From Octopus vulgaris (taxonomy: Eukaryota): 64,000 bases of DNA. Below the pieces are notes generated by a model. It was not told the DNA's origin. It did not search any database and worked only from the letters and a program-made list of their open reading frames with translations. This document shows positions 26,351 through 40,460 of this stretch, one piece after another. The stretch's first letter is position 1; each line of letters starts with the position of its first letter. A program made the translations under genes and the position numbers. The stretch spans positions 24,862,001-24,926,000 of the forward strand of contig OX597822.1 in the NCBI GenBank assembly GCA_951406725.2, given 5' to 3'.

Positions 26351-26690
26351 GGCGCAGGTGTGGCTGTGTGGTACGTAGCTTGCTTACCAACCACATGGGT
26401 CCGGGTTCAGTCCCACTGCGTGGCACCTTGGGCATGTGTCTTATACTATAGCCTCGGGCCGACCAAAGCCTTGTGAGTGGATTTGGTAGACGGAAACTGA
26501 AAGAAGCCTGTCGTATGTCCCCACAGCATCGCTTGACAATCGATGCTGGTGTGTTTACGTCCCCATCACTTAGCGGTTCGGCAAGAGAGACTCGATAGAA
26601 TAAGTACTAGGTTTACAAAGAATAAGTTCTAGACTAAAGGCGGTGCTCCAGCACAGCCGCAGTCAAATGATTGAAACAAATAAAAGATAA
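26351..26690 (+). mobile_element. OR2-like CORE SINE (internal microsatellite deleted)
   Basis: ggcgcaggtgtggctgtgtggta...ggttcagtcccactgcgtggcaccttgggc...ctaaaggcggtgctccagc...gaaacaa. Confidence 0.85.
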
Positions 26691-26931
26691 AAAATAAGAG
26701 AGAAAATAAACAGCGAAGCTATCAGGTGGAATGTGACGAAGGAGGAATTCTTTAGTTGCTGTAGGTAGCTGCCCCGGTAACCATTTACTGGGCCTTTGGG
26801 TTTGACGGAGTAAAGAGAGGAAGAACCACGGCCCATACGTTATCCCTGGGAAGACACTCTTGTCTGAATGTTTGCATCAGAGTAGACTCCGCTAACAACA
26901 CCCAAAGAGTTAAAATAGGGTGATGAATTAA

Positions 26932-27672
26932 GGCCATACTTCAACAACATGTGGAATACACCAGACAGAGCTTCCACACAGTTTCCACTTATTCAATTTC
27001 ATTCACAAAGGGGTCATGCAGTGGCCCCTTATAAATGAAATTCAGTAGATCGTATTATGTCTTAAGCAGGGTGATGCAGTAAATCCATCCCTCAACTTGC
27101 GCAGTAGATCAGATGGGGCTTTCACATAGTTTCTGTTTATTTAATTCTATTCACAAGGGGCCATGCAGTGATCCTTCATGAATGAAATTCTGTCGGTCGA
27201 GCAAGTGGTTCACGAAATGAACTTCTTAAATGTACGGGCGTGAATACCTGCCTTCACGATAATAGCAGTGTATGAAATAGATATAGCAATAAGGAAGTAA
27301 ATAACAAATCGATTAACTGTTTGGCAAAAATTGAATAATTTTAAATGCTTGTAACTTTTATAGTATTAATTTCAAGAAAATGAATGTGATTTTCGTCATT
27401 AGCATGCAAAACCACATTAGTGTACAAAATTTGAAAAGTTCTGGTAAAAATTTAAAATACTTCAAGTGGTTAGAAGTATTTTAAAATGATCACTCAATAT
27501 GTCACACTTTAGCATCGAGCGTGAAATTTCATGAATGCAAAGCGAACTTTTAAACCCTTCAACCATACGGCACCCAATCACCGCTGACAAAAAAATAGCA
27601 GAACATACCAAAAAAATTTCATTCTTTCTTCTACTTATCATTCTTGAAACGTAATCGCGACTGATTGTGGCC
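26932..27672. mobile_element. Possible Kolobok-type (TTAA TSD) non-autonomous DNA element
   Basis: TTAA-GGCCAtacttca at the left and tgattgTGGCC-TTAA at the right. The TIR is short and imperfect. Confidence 0.3.
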
Positions 27673-28214
27673 TTAAGGTGTCTGAAAGCTAAATCAGGCA
27701 GTGAAGTCCGACTTTGTCTTATCCTCAACGCTTCGTTATAACCTCGTTAGCGGACATTTAAATCACAGGAGGTTACAGAAGTGGCTTAGATACGTTTTGT
27801 CCCAAGTCAACCCTCTGGAGCAGCGCTTTAAACCTAAAAATACATACTGACCTACAAAATAACCAAACTAACCTCCAAAATCTACAACTCACCCATTTAA
27901 ACAAAACCTCTAATAGCCTTATAACATTAAAAATATCTTAAGAAACAATATAACAACAATTATTTAAAATTAAGTATACAAATATCACAATTCACAAAAA
28001 AAAAAACCCAACAAAAAACGAAATTATCATTAATGTTATAAAAAAAGAATTTCAATCTTCGACTTAATCATAGTAAAATGAATTAACTTTCTCTCTAGGC
28101 CCACAATCTAGTAATTTATATAAACTAATTTTACTATTTTAAAACAATCCATGAAGTACATTGTGACTAGCGGTGTACAACATCTTCTAGTCTGGTCGAT
28201 ACTGTGTTGCCGTG

Positions 28215-28289
<75 letters not shown>

Positions 28290-28291
<2 letters not shown>

Positions 28292-28510
28292 ATTTCTTTA
28301 CTGCCCACAAGGGGCTACACACAGGGAGGACAAACAAGGACAGACAAACGGATTAAGTCGATTATATTGACCCCAGTGCGTAACTGGTACTTATTTAATC
28401 GACCCCAAAAGAATGAAAGGCAAAGTCGACCTCGGTGGAATTTGAACTCAGAACGTATCGGCAGATAAGCATTTCGCCCGAGATGCTAACGCTTCTGCCA
28501 GCTCGCCGCC
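28290..28510 (-). mobile_element. tRNA-derived SINE monomer inserted in an (ATCT)n tract
   Basis: Family homology; flanked on both sides by (ATCT)n. Confidence 0.8.
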
Positions 28511-28511
28511 T

Positions 28512-28606
<95 letters not shown>

Positions 28607-28914
28607 GGAGAGAGAGAGGGAGAGAGAGAGAGGGAGAGAGAGAGGGAGAGAGAGAGAGGGAGAGAGAGAGAGAGAGAGGGAGAAAGATGTTAACTACTGA
28701 TTTTCTGTTATCCTTGGGTTCCAAGGCCTTGGGTCATGCAATATTTATTCATCAACACACCTCTAACCTATTAATTATACATTTTAAGTACCATGAACAG
28801 GTCTACTTTATCTGCTTTTCTGACGCTCTCCGTTCTCTTACCTATAGTAACCATTGCAAAGGCCAACAGTAAGCTAAATAAGCAGTGTAGCGTAAATAAT
28901 TTTTTTCTACTATT

Positions 28915-29552
28915 CGAATAAGGCCTGAAATTTTGGATAGGGGTGGGGTGGGGTTTAGTCGATTGCATCGACCCGGCACTCAACAAGTTCTTATCTATCA
29001 ACCCCAGCACTCAACTGATACTTATTTCATCGACCCCCCCCCACAACGCTCGACTGGTGCTTATTTCATCAATAACAGACACCTAAATGGTACTTATTTT
29101 ATCGATCCCGAAAGGACGAAAGGCAAAGTCAACTTCTATGGAATTTGAACTCAGAATGTAAAGACGAACGAATTACCTATTTCTTTACTACCCACAAGGG
29201 GCTAAACACAGAGAGGACAAACAAGGACAGACAAACGGATTAAGTCGATTACATCGACCCCGGTGCGTAACTGGTACTTAATTTATCGACCCCGAAAGGA
29301 TGAAAGGCAAAGTCGACCTCGGCGGAATTTGAACTCAGAACGTAGCGGCAGACGTATTACTGCTACGCATTTTGTCCGGCGTGCTAATGACTCTACTAAT
29401 TCGTCGCCTTATATAATAGTGTAAATAATAGATTCAAATTTTGGCACAAGGCCAGCAATCGGGACTGAGGGTAGCCGATTATATCGACTCCAGTGATCAA
29501 CTGGTACTTATGCATTTTGTCCGGCGTGCTAACGATTCTGCCAGCATGCCAC
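28915..29552 (-). mobile_element. Cluster of tandem/nested copies of the gaggtcgactttgcc SINE family, including reiterated subunits
   Basis: Repeated atcgaccc..actggtacttatttt subunits at 28967-29110, followed by units joined at ..gaattacctatttctttactaccc.. Confidence 0.75.
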
Positions 29553-30154
29553 CTTATGTATAATCTAAATAATGCAAGTAAACACACGGTACATACAATG
29601 CCACCTGTGGCGGCTACAGGAATTTCAAGTCACCCTTCGTAATTTATTCGGATTAAAGGAGATGTCGGACCATCAACTGTCGGAAAATCGGTGGCGCACC
29701 TGTGTATATATGTATGATGCGTGACATACACACCAAGTAGTGTTGGCTAAAGACTAGGATACAGTACCAAAAGGGATTAACTGGTTTATCATCAAGGAAC
29801 AAACAGGTAAGTAGAAGTGCCCATCACTCACACACGCGCGCGCATGCACTCACTCACTCACTCACTCAATCACTCACTCACTAAGCCACTCCATCACTTA
29901 CAAATTCACTCATTCACTCATTCGCAGAATCGCAGATTTTAAAGGCAACTGGCAAGAATCCTCGAAGTGGACCATGGGCGAGATTCTTGGTCCAAATATC
30001 TATAGCCTTGGATGGTTTGCTTGCGGATCCAACAGGAACATTTGATTTTGTTAAGGCTTGCTTCTGATATGAGTGCCTGTCCCAAGTCCTTGGTCCCAAG
30101 ATGCTGACAGGAATAGTGGGTTATGAATATGGATGGAAATATATTATATATTAT

Positions 30155-30205
<51 letters not shown>

Positions 30206-30425
30206 TCTTTTACTTGTTTCAGTCATTTGACTGTGGCCATGTTGGAGCACCGCCTTTAGTCGAGCAAATCGACCCCAGGACTTATTCTTTGTAAGCCTAG
30301 TACTTATTCTATCGGTCTCTTTTGCCGAACCGCTAAGTTACGGGGACGTAGACACACCAGCATCGCTTGTCAAGCGATGTTGGTGGAAGGGACAAACATA
30401 GACACACAAACACACACATACATAC

Positions 30426-30459
<34 letters not shown>

Positions 30460-31139
30460 ATATATATATGAATGAATGAATGAATGGATGTATATATGCA
30501 TGCGTGTGTGTATTCATATATTAGTATATATATATAGATGAATGGATGGATGTGTGTGTGTGTGTGTGTGAATATATTGTATACGTCAAAAATTTTATAA
30601 AGATTCAAGAGAAGGTGAAATAATTGTATTCTGGAATTCTCGAAGTACTTATAAAGCATATTAATATTGGTTGAAAAACGTCTTTTGCATAGACAAAGTC
30701 GAAGGTATCTCGTGGGACAATGGTAGAACAACTGTCATTCTACAAGAGACGTGGGTTGGTGTCCGACGAACAACCTTTGACCTCTTCTATCTAAAAAGGT
30801 TTTCCAGCTATTATTTATAGCTTTATGCGTGCTTCGAGAATTAAAAAAATTATACATACACACATACAGATATTTCCATTCACACACACACATTCATACA
30901 GCAATATATAGCAATTTATTCGAAGTAGAGGTTTCCCTTAGTTGCTCTTCAGATATTTCCGGGTCCGTTCTATAACACAATTCTGTGCAAAACAGGAAAT
31001 TATTCAGAGTAAAGACGGGGGGAACCCTTCCGTTCTGATTAAATGAATAAACTTTACTACACGTATTGAATATATTTCTTCTTCTCGCGTCTGTAGATCA
31101 GAGACACAATAGATTTTTGTTTTTATACCCAGACCTATC

Positions 31140-31565
31140 CCCCACTTTTTTTTTTAGGAGGAAGTAGCCACAACAAGACACACACCAGGCATTCCACTCA
31201 TTTCCCAGCTCAAAGAAGCGAACCCCGTTCTCTGCTCGGGTTAACGCATAGAACGCAACCCCCAATATCAGCAGCGGGGCCCGACAGCATATGCTGGTTT
31301 ACCCCCGCCGCATCATGCTGGTTCCGTACCCCTTTGAGTAACATCAAATTCATTCATCCGTCGACAAACGCTCTCTAAGTTTTCCTATCATTTATAAATT
31401 CTCTTGCCTCTCTCACTCTAATCAACAAAGCTTTCCTCACTCCATCCATCCTCACAAACCGAGGTCTGCCTCTGGTTCTACTGCCTATCGCTCCTGTCTT
31501 CACCACCCTCCTTACTATCCGCTCTTCATCCATCCTCTCCATGTGGCCAAACCACCTCAACATTT
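31140..31565 (-). mobile_element. RTE-clade LINE 3' fragment
   Basis: Encodes LRWFGHMERMDEERIVRRVVKTGAIGSRTRGRPRFVRMDGVRKAL, the LRWFGHV.RM...R.RGRPR..W C-terminus of RTE ORFs, followed by 3'UTR. Confidence 0.85.
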
Positions 31566-32783
31566 GCCAACAAGACACAATAGTACTACTCTTAAAAGCA
31601 AACAGATAAAACAACATGAAATGGAAACGTATAGGACATGTAATGTTTACAACTTCTAAACAAAATAACCAAACGGGCCCTGTTTGAAAATAATGACCTT
31701 AACGGTAAATAAAAATACCTGATGAATGGACAACCTCCTGCACAAGGTCGAAATAATATGATTTGAAATCTTCTCGTTTTGTGAGACGTGAAAAACGAAG
31801 TGAAGAACTGCATGTTGAAGGAAGCAACGTAACACTTCTGATAATGATATTATTAAAACAGACAGACGTAAATTTCATCTAATTTTTTAAAATGTAGGTA
31901 TGTGACAGGCGCAAGGTATAGGTGTTTAGTTAAGAAGTCCGCTTCACAACTGTGGGGTAACGGGTTCGATTCTGCTACGCAGTACTTTAGGCAAGTGTCT
32001 TGTACGATTGCCTAAGGTTGTGAGTGGAATTGAATTTGCTATACGAAAAAATGTGGGAAACCTGTCACAATATGTATGTATATATGGGGAGGGCGGACAC
32101 CATTTCTCCTTCCATGTCGGCTATCTCTGACGAGTGTGTGTATGTGTGTGTGTGTGTGTGTGTGTGAACCGGTGTATATTGACTTCAGGTTTTTTATGTC
32201 AAAGTACTAACTTATTTTATTGATCTCTATTTAACGAACGACTAAGTTCCGCAGACGATATGACCATGTAAACCCTTTGAAGGCTTTTGTTCCAGCATGG
32301 CCGCAGTCAAATAACCCAAAAAGAAAAATTTTGTTGGAATTATTGTGACCTTAGTAATGTCAGATAAGAAAAGGGTGTTTTCTTTTTTGTATTGTAAAAT
32401 ATCGTAAGATGAGTAAGTGAAAATGATTTAGAATTTGTTAACACCGTATCAAGTACAGAAGAAGCATTGTGTCGCAGCGATAAGGCATAAAACAAACAAC
32501 AACAACAACAAACTTAGAATTTACTTGAAACTGAAAAGTGGCGATAAATAAAATATAATGGTGTTTATTCATCTGCCGTCTCTCTGCCTTCGCATTGGAA
32601 ACCCTGTGGAGTGTATTGGTATTTATCAAAATATTGTAAAATGTTTAACTTCGACCCCTTATACCAACGGCCCCTGACCTTTTAATATTTTATACTGGTT
32701 TCATGCAAGGTAATTTATCAATGGAGCAAGGGATCATGCGCATAACAAAACACAATGAAAGTTCTTAATATATATATAATTAT

Positions 32784-32863
<80 letters not shown>

Positions 32864-32868
32864 TTATG

Positions 32869-32904
<36 letters not shown>

Positions 32905-32923
32905 TATATATATATACATATAT

Positions 32924-32963
<40 letters not shown>

Positions 32964-32964
<1 letters not shown>

Positions 32965-33316
32965 GTGAAGGCGCAATGGCCCAGTGGTTAGGGCAGCGGA
33001 CTCGCAATCTTAGGATCGCTGATTCGATTCCTAGACCGGGCGTTGTGAGTATTTATTGAGCGAAAACACGTTAAGTTCCAAGAGGCTCCGGCAGAGGGTT
33101 GTTGTGAACCCTGTAGTACTCTTTCACCATAAATTTCTCTCACTCTTTCTTCCAGTTTCTGTTGTACCCGTATTTCAAAGGGCCAGCCTTGTCATACTCT
33201 GTGTCATGCTGAATCTCCCTGAGGACTATGTTAAGGGTACACATGTCTGTAGAGTGCTCAGCCATTTGCACGTTAATTTCACGAGCAGGCTGTTCCGTTG
33301 ATCGGATCAGCTGGAA
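32964..33316 (+). mobile_element. OR1-like tRNA(Arg) SINE, subfamily with a different 3' tail
   Basis: Same head and body as 23077 up to ..ctctcactctttcttcc, then a distinct tail ending gatcggatcagctggaac. Confidence 0.8.
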
Positions 33317-33429
33317 CACGCACACACACGCACACACTCCCTCTCTCTCTCTCTCTCTCTCTCACACACATATATATATACATACATACATACACACATA
33401 TATATATATATGTATACATACCTACACTC

Positions 33430-33460
<31 letters not shown>

Positions 33461-33472
33461 CATACACATGTC

Positions 33473-33558
<86 letters not shown>

Positions 33559-34147
33559 CATACATACACATGTACCAATGAATGAGAAGAGAACGGGAGT
33601 CACGTAATCCCCTTCATTTCCTTACAGCTGTTTCTGCTATAGGATGTTGCACGCGTACTCAATTCTGATTGCACTGCTTCTTATATCAGAAACAGCTGGA
33701 AACCAATGAAGATGATTAAGCGACTCCTCTTCTCTTGTACAATAAGTCTAAGTGCCGTAGCGAGAAATTAACCACGCACACACGCGCGTGCATATATGTT
33801 GTGTGGTATAGAAGCGCACTGGAGGATGTGATACGTAACCAAATGTTTGGGCTAAGTAGGAAGTTCTGCTCGCCACTCCTACATTCAGCGTGCCGGATAG
33901 GATTTTGCGCATAATTCAAGCCACGTTTCAGTAATGATAAACACAGGAAATATAACTGGTATTTTTAGCTTTATAAAGCGTACACGTGTTTCAGTAAACT
34001 AACAGTCATTATAACGCATGGTAATTAACCAGATGTAATAGAATTGATTAATTTCCGCTGAGTAATTTAAGGCTAAAACACCCTAATTTCCCGTCAAACA
34101 ACGTTCATCAAACATTTATTATACATTAAATATCTTGACTATATTAT

Positions 34148-34457
34148 GGGCTCACAATCATGAGGAAGTGAGTTCGATTCCCGGACCGGGCTGTGTGTTG
34201 TGTTCTTAAGCAAGACACCTTATTTCACGTTGTTCCAGTTCACTCAGCTGTAGAAATGAGTTGCGACATTACTGGTGCCAAGTTGTATCGGCCTTTGCCT
34301 TTCCCTTGGATAACATCAGTTGAGTTGAGCGGGGAGGCTAGCATGCATAGGCGACTGCTGGTCTTCCAGAAACAGCCTTGCCCAGACTTGTGGCTCGGAG
34401 AGTAACTTTCTAGGTGCAATCCCATGGTCATTCATGACCAAGGGGGTCTTTACCCTT
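34148..34457 (+). mobile_element. tRNA-derived SINE (CORE-like body gtgttgtgttcttaagcaagacac..tcactcagctgta)
   Basis: B-box gagttcgattcc; related reverse copies at ~43393-43652, 55105-55364 and ~63420-63606. Confidence 0.7.
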
Positions 34458-34819
34458 TATCAACATAATACGACTGAATTTGTTGTTGTTGTTTATCAAT
34501 TTCGTTAAGTATTTCCATTAAATTTCTTTAAATATTTCTCAGTAAAATATAGACCGAAGGAATTATTGATTTTAAATCAAGAAAGTTTTCCTTAATTTTA
34601 TGTTTGGATTTATTTTAGTAATTAACAAGATGAGGATCAATAAGTTACCAACAATCCCATGACGAAGTCTACGACATAAGTAGTTTGTCGACCTCTGCTT
34701 CAAACAGTTTTTGCAACGGGAGAAAATCGAAGACATAATCGATACATTGAACATTATCAAACAATGTTATAAAGGTCTTATACATTTACACATCAAACTA
34801 GAAATATGAATATTCATAA

Positions 34820-34847
34820 AACATGGAATTTCCACGGGTTCCGCTAG
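34820..34847 (+). mobile_element. Helitron-like 3' terminus (5' end not defined)
   Basis: catggaatttccacggg hairpin followed by ttccgCTAG|T. Confidence 0.4.
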
Positions 34848-34904
34848 TTTTCATGATTCCTAATATAAAAAGGAACCCTTATATCGACGAGTCCCCCCAT
34901 AAAG

Positions 34905-35575
34905 TAGCGAGCTGGCAGAATCGTTAGCACACTGTACAAAAATTCTGAGTGGCATTTCGTCCGTCTTTACGTTCTCAGTTCAAATTCTGTCGAGGTCGAC
35001 TTCATCTTTCATCGATTCTGGGTCGATAAAATAAGTACCTGCTTCCCCGAAATTGCTGGCCTTGTGCCAAAATTTGAAATCATTATTCTTATTGACGGTG
35101 AACTGGCAGAATCGTTAGCACACTGGACAAAATTCTTAGCGGTATTTTGTCCGGCTTTACGTTCTGAGTTCAATTTCCGCCGAGGTCAACTTTGTCTTTC
35201 ATCCTTTCATGATCGATGAAATAAGTACCAATTGAGCAGTGGGGGTCGATATAATTGACTTCCTGACCCCTCAGAATTGCTGGCCTTGTTCCAAATTAAG
35301 AAAGAATTATTATGATGAGTCTCGGGAGAAAAGGCAAGGGGGTATGTTTTTGTTTTCATTTTTATTCTTCGCTCACACAAAGGCGTTGAGTCGAGAGAAG
35401 CGTTAGAGCGGTATTTTCTTCCGATGTATTACGTTCTTATTTCAAATTACGCCAAGGTAAACTTTTCCTTTCATCTCTCCAGCGTCGATAAAATAAAGTA
35501 CCAGTCAAGTACTGGGGTCGATGGTATCCACTTACTCCTCCTCTTAAAATTGCTGGCCTTGTGCATAAATGAGAA
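34905..35575 (+). mobile_element. Three consecutive degenerate copies of the gaggtcgactttgcc SINE family
   Basis: Repeated gagctggcagaatcgttagcac...gagttcaaatt...aaataagtacc...attgctggccttgt. Confidence 0.75.
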
Positions 35576-35947
35576 ACCACACTTTACACATATATAATGT
35601 TTTTGTCCCCCTCGTTTCTCTGTCAGTTTTTCTCCAGTTACGGCTAAACGTTCTTCTTATAAATATTTTAAAATTCATGAAGTGCTCCTTTGAGAAACGA
35701 TTCAAAATTATTCTTTGAATATTATCCAAAAACAAATTACTTCAAAAGTAATATTCTTTTAAAAAACAGTAACACTATTTTGTTTTTGTTTTTGCAATAA
35801 ATTTATCGTTTCCCACAGTTTTAATATATTGTTATTGAAAGAAAAATACCACTTTCGTTTCAAAGGAGAAACATTTTGGTAGATGTTGATTAACGCTATG
35901 ATAACCAGGAAGAGTATTAGGGTTGGTGGGAAGCCACCGGTCTCTGC

Positions 35948-36266
<319 letters not shown>

Positions 36267-37657
36267 AGATCGCTGAAGCGTTGAGAGTAGGTCAAGAACC
36301 GTTTTCAAACGACTTATTTTTAGAGTTTCAATACATAAAGCAACACTTTGAAAAATAAAAATTCGCACAAGGGAGCATTGAAGGTGAAAGAGAAGAAAAT
36401 AAGATAAAATAAAATGGAGAGAGAAAGAAAGAGTGAAGCAAAGAAGGGAAACGATTCAAATAGAAAAAAATAATGGAGAGAGAGAAAGGGTAGGGGAGAA
36501 AGATAGTGAAAAAAAAAGAGAGAAAGGGTCGGGGAGAAACATAAATAAACAATAAAAGGTGGGGGAGGAGCAACATGCCATGAAATATAAAGTAAGACAT
36601 TCATTGTGTAGACGCCATTATTGTCAATGAGCAGACGATAAAATGTAAAACACTTCTTATTCACAACTTACACATTCTGGAATGGTAATCCCGAAAATAT
36701 ATATCCAATCTTTTTTTTTTTTGCACAGTAGAAAGTTTTACTTATTTATTATACTCCATATCCATTTTTGAGCTTCGTTTTAATTTATAATTTTTTTTTC
36801 GCAATTTCATTTATTTATTACATTTTTAATTTGTTGCGCTTTTTTCCATTATATTTTATTTCCTTTTCTTGTATTTTCACACATATAGACATATATATAT
36901 ATATATATATATATATCTGTTTACAAATGCCAAGAAAATCGGGTGACTTTTGTGGGTTTTTTTTTTTGCTTTTTTGTTTGTTGGTAATCTCCTCTTTTTC
37001 CCCTTTCTAGTACCGACACAAATTGAAAGGAAAACACAGACACCAGAAACAAACCCCACGCTCCTGGCTTCCGTTTCTTTCTACTGTCAAGGTAAAGACT
37101 TAAATTCTTGGAGTACAGCCGGAGTCGAAATGACGCATTTGCTATTTATCTTCGCCGTCTGAAGAAACGTTTAAAAGAACAACCGAAACGAGAAGCTACG
37201 AGACATAGATAAACAAAATGTTGTATAGTAGTTTCTCTAAAACAAACAAACAAAAATAGAAACATGCGCCAAATACAAAAGTGATCTTATCGTTGGCATT
37301 ATTTGTATATTTATTTATATACACATGTATTTTTATGATTCAGGGTGCTGGTTCTATGAGAAGCTAAAAATCTAACCGAGTGACAATATGCTACCATTTC
37401 TCCAACTATATTAGGTAGACTGTTCTGCACACATGTATTCTATCATCTCTCAGTGCATTCGTCTATAAACCTGCCTAGGTAGTTAGTTTTACACTGGTCC
37501 TTTCATTACCTCAGGGGTGCAGTCACGGATGAGACTGTAAACGATAATACTGGTGCAGTTTGTAATGCCACCTACTCACGGTAGATATCAAATTGCAATG
37601 GCTACTTGCTGTTATACCAAATTAGCAACAGTTCGTCGGCAAAATTATGTATGTATT

Positions 37658-37691
<34 letters not shown>

Positions 37692-37982
37692 CTGTATGCT
37701 TTCAGTTAAGCATATTTATATTCAGTTAAGCATATATTATAGATAATACGGTAGCTTGAGAGGAAAAATTAATTATCTTTATGATAAAATAAAACTGCAG
37801 GTTTTGTTGATTCTTAGAACTCTACACATATTATATATCAATTACTTTTATTTAGCTGTTGCAATAGTATAAAACTATCATTTGTAAAACACGAATAATA
37901 CAAGGCCACCATATGTAAGAAGTCAATTATAGGACTACCTTAGCTCTCTTACTCTCTCTCTCTTTTCGTAGGTATATATGTA

Positions 37983-38032
<50 letters not shown>

Positions 38033-38078
38033 CACACACACACATATACATGAGAGAATGGAGAGAGAGCGCTAAGGT

Positions 38079-38118
<40 letters not shown>

Positions 38119-38218
38119 GTCTCTCTCTATATATATATATTCGACTGCCGGGCTTTAATTTATCATGAATGGCATAACAAACTTAAATCAAAAGATAATG
38201 AAATGTAGAGCCCATCCT

Positions 38219-38274
<56 letters not shown>

Positions 38275-38824
38275 TAAATTTTAGGTTGGAATACTTAGTA
38301 AGAAGTACGTTTTTTAAGGAGTCTGATTCTAGGTTGAATCTTAATGCACCTTATTTACTCAACTAATGCCCATTTCCTTAATCTGATTACATAATCCCAT
38401 TTCCTTGAGCTGTAAAACCTGTAGTTTTCTGCCGTAAAGGGTAAAAAAAAGCATCACGATGCACGGTTGCGTGGTTAAGAAGTACACCTGAATACCGTGG
38501 ATATTAATGAAAGCCACTACATTTTGGTTTCAGGACAAAAATTTCTTTTGATCTGGTTTTAGGATTTTAAGGAAAGACTTTTGGTGTTCTTGCCGTTGTT
38601 TTGTCCTTAATCAATGGACAGTGATCTTGCTGTGGCACTGCATTGAAGGGCTTAAAAACCCACCCCCGTGCGTATTTTTAAAGTCTGATACCTATTCTAT
38701 CGGTCTCTTTGCCGCATCGCTAAGTTACGGGGACGCAAACAAACCGACGCTGGTTGTCAAGCGACGAGAGTGAGAGACACACACGCACACACACATAATG
38801 GGCTTCCACGCAGTTTCTTCTTTC

Positions 38825-39350
38825 TATATTTCCCACAAGGGGTTAAACATAGAGGGGACAAACAAGGACAGACAAACGGATTAAGTCGATTCTATCGATC
38901 CCAGTGCGTAACTGGTACTTAATTTATCGACCCCGAAAGGATAAAAGGCAAAGTCGATCTCGGCAGAATTTGAACTCAGAACGTAGCGGCAAACGAAATA
39001 CCTATTTCTTTACTACCCACAAGGGGCTAAACACAGAGGGGACAAACAAGGACAGACAAACGGATTAAGTCGATTATATCGACCCCAGTGCATAACTGGT
39101 ACTTATTTAAGCGGAAACACCTAAAGCTCCTCGAGTCTCCGGCAGGGAGGGGGTGGCGCCCCCTGTTGTACTCTTTCGCTCCAACTTTCTCTCACACTTC
39201 TTCCTGTTTCTTGTCCCCGACTTCCTACGCAACCGCTGAGCCTGGATGCGCATTCATCCATCCGTCGATGCTTTCGGTGTCGGGGGTTGACCTGCTTTCT
39301 CTTCTGCGGGTCTTACGAATAGCAAAGGACCACGTTTCGGACTTCTCCCA
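38825..39350. mobile_element. Head-to-tail SINE multimer (minus strand) fused to a headless OR1-like SINE (plus strand)
   Basis: Junction gaaatacctatttc at ~38995-39008; switch to aacacctaaagctcc (OR1 body) at ~39108. Confidence 0.7.
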
Positions 39351-39869
39351 TCTTGCGAGCTCTGGGACGAAGACCGTTCGCTCAACAGCTACAGCAACAG
39401 CAACAACAACGTCAAGCAGTATCTGTATGATCTTTAAAAATTTTCTCCATAAGAAGGAGGTGAGCTGGCAGAATCATTAGCATGTCAGGTAAAATTCTTA
39501 GCGGCATTTCATCCGTCTTTATGCTCTGAGTTTAAATTCTACCGAAGTCGTCTTTATCTTTCATATTTTCAAGGTAGATAAAAAAAAGTACCAGTTGTAC
39601 ACTGGGGTCGATGTAATCAACTAGCTCCCTCCACTGAAAATATTCGGACCCTCTGTTTTTAGTAGAAAGATTTAATAGAAGCATAAACCGAACGTATATA
39701 GTTATTTAACTTCGGATCAGTCAGCCTTGTTTAAGCAGAGTTATGATCAAAGGTGTTCCTCTGTGACCTATACCTGATGTTCTAAGGGTCAGTGGAGCGA
39801 TAGGGGTCACATTAACCACATTAATTTGCCTTCAGTTTAAGCTTCAACATAGCTCTCTTTCTTTTTTTT

Positions 39870-40075
39870 TACTCTTTTTACTTGTTTCAGTGATGTGACT
39901 GCGGTCATGCTGGAGCACCGCTTTTAGTCTAGCAAATCGACCCCAAGACTTATTCTTTGTAAGCCAAGTACTTATTCTATCGGTCTCTTTTGCCGAAGCG
40001 CTAGGTTACGGGGACGTAAACACACCAGCATCGGTTGTCAAGCGATGTTTGGGGTGACAAACACAGACACACAAA

Positions 40076-40174
<99 letters not shown>

Positions 40175-40295
40175 GACAGGTTTCTTTCAGTTTCCGTCTA
40201 CCAAATCCATTGCCCAAGGTGCAACGCAGTGGGATTGAACCCGGAACTATGTGGTTAGTAAGCAAGCTACTTACCACACAGTCACTTCTGCGCCA
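39870..40295 (-). mobile_element. OR2-like CORE SINE with internal (CA)n(TA)n
   Basis: Family homology. Confidence 0.85.
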
Positions 40296-40460
40296 TAGCT
40301 CTCTTTCTTTTTTTTTTAAACTCTAATTTCTTCAACCCCCAGATTATAGAAAGAAAGGACCAAAATGGTGGATGAAACAATTGAATGTGACTAATTCTCT
40401 TAAGAACTCATAAAATCTCACATTTTAGAAATTAAAAAAGTGAATTAACGAAAAACTCAC

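Noticed and set aside
26029-26394. 121-aa minus-strand ORF
   Set aside because: Wrong frame for exon B, and it starts within a SINE.
28960-29110. CRISPR-like short repeat array
   Set aside because: Units are reiterated SINE subfragments without unique equal-length spacers; eukaryotic context with no cas genes.
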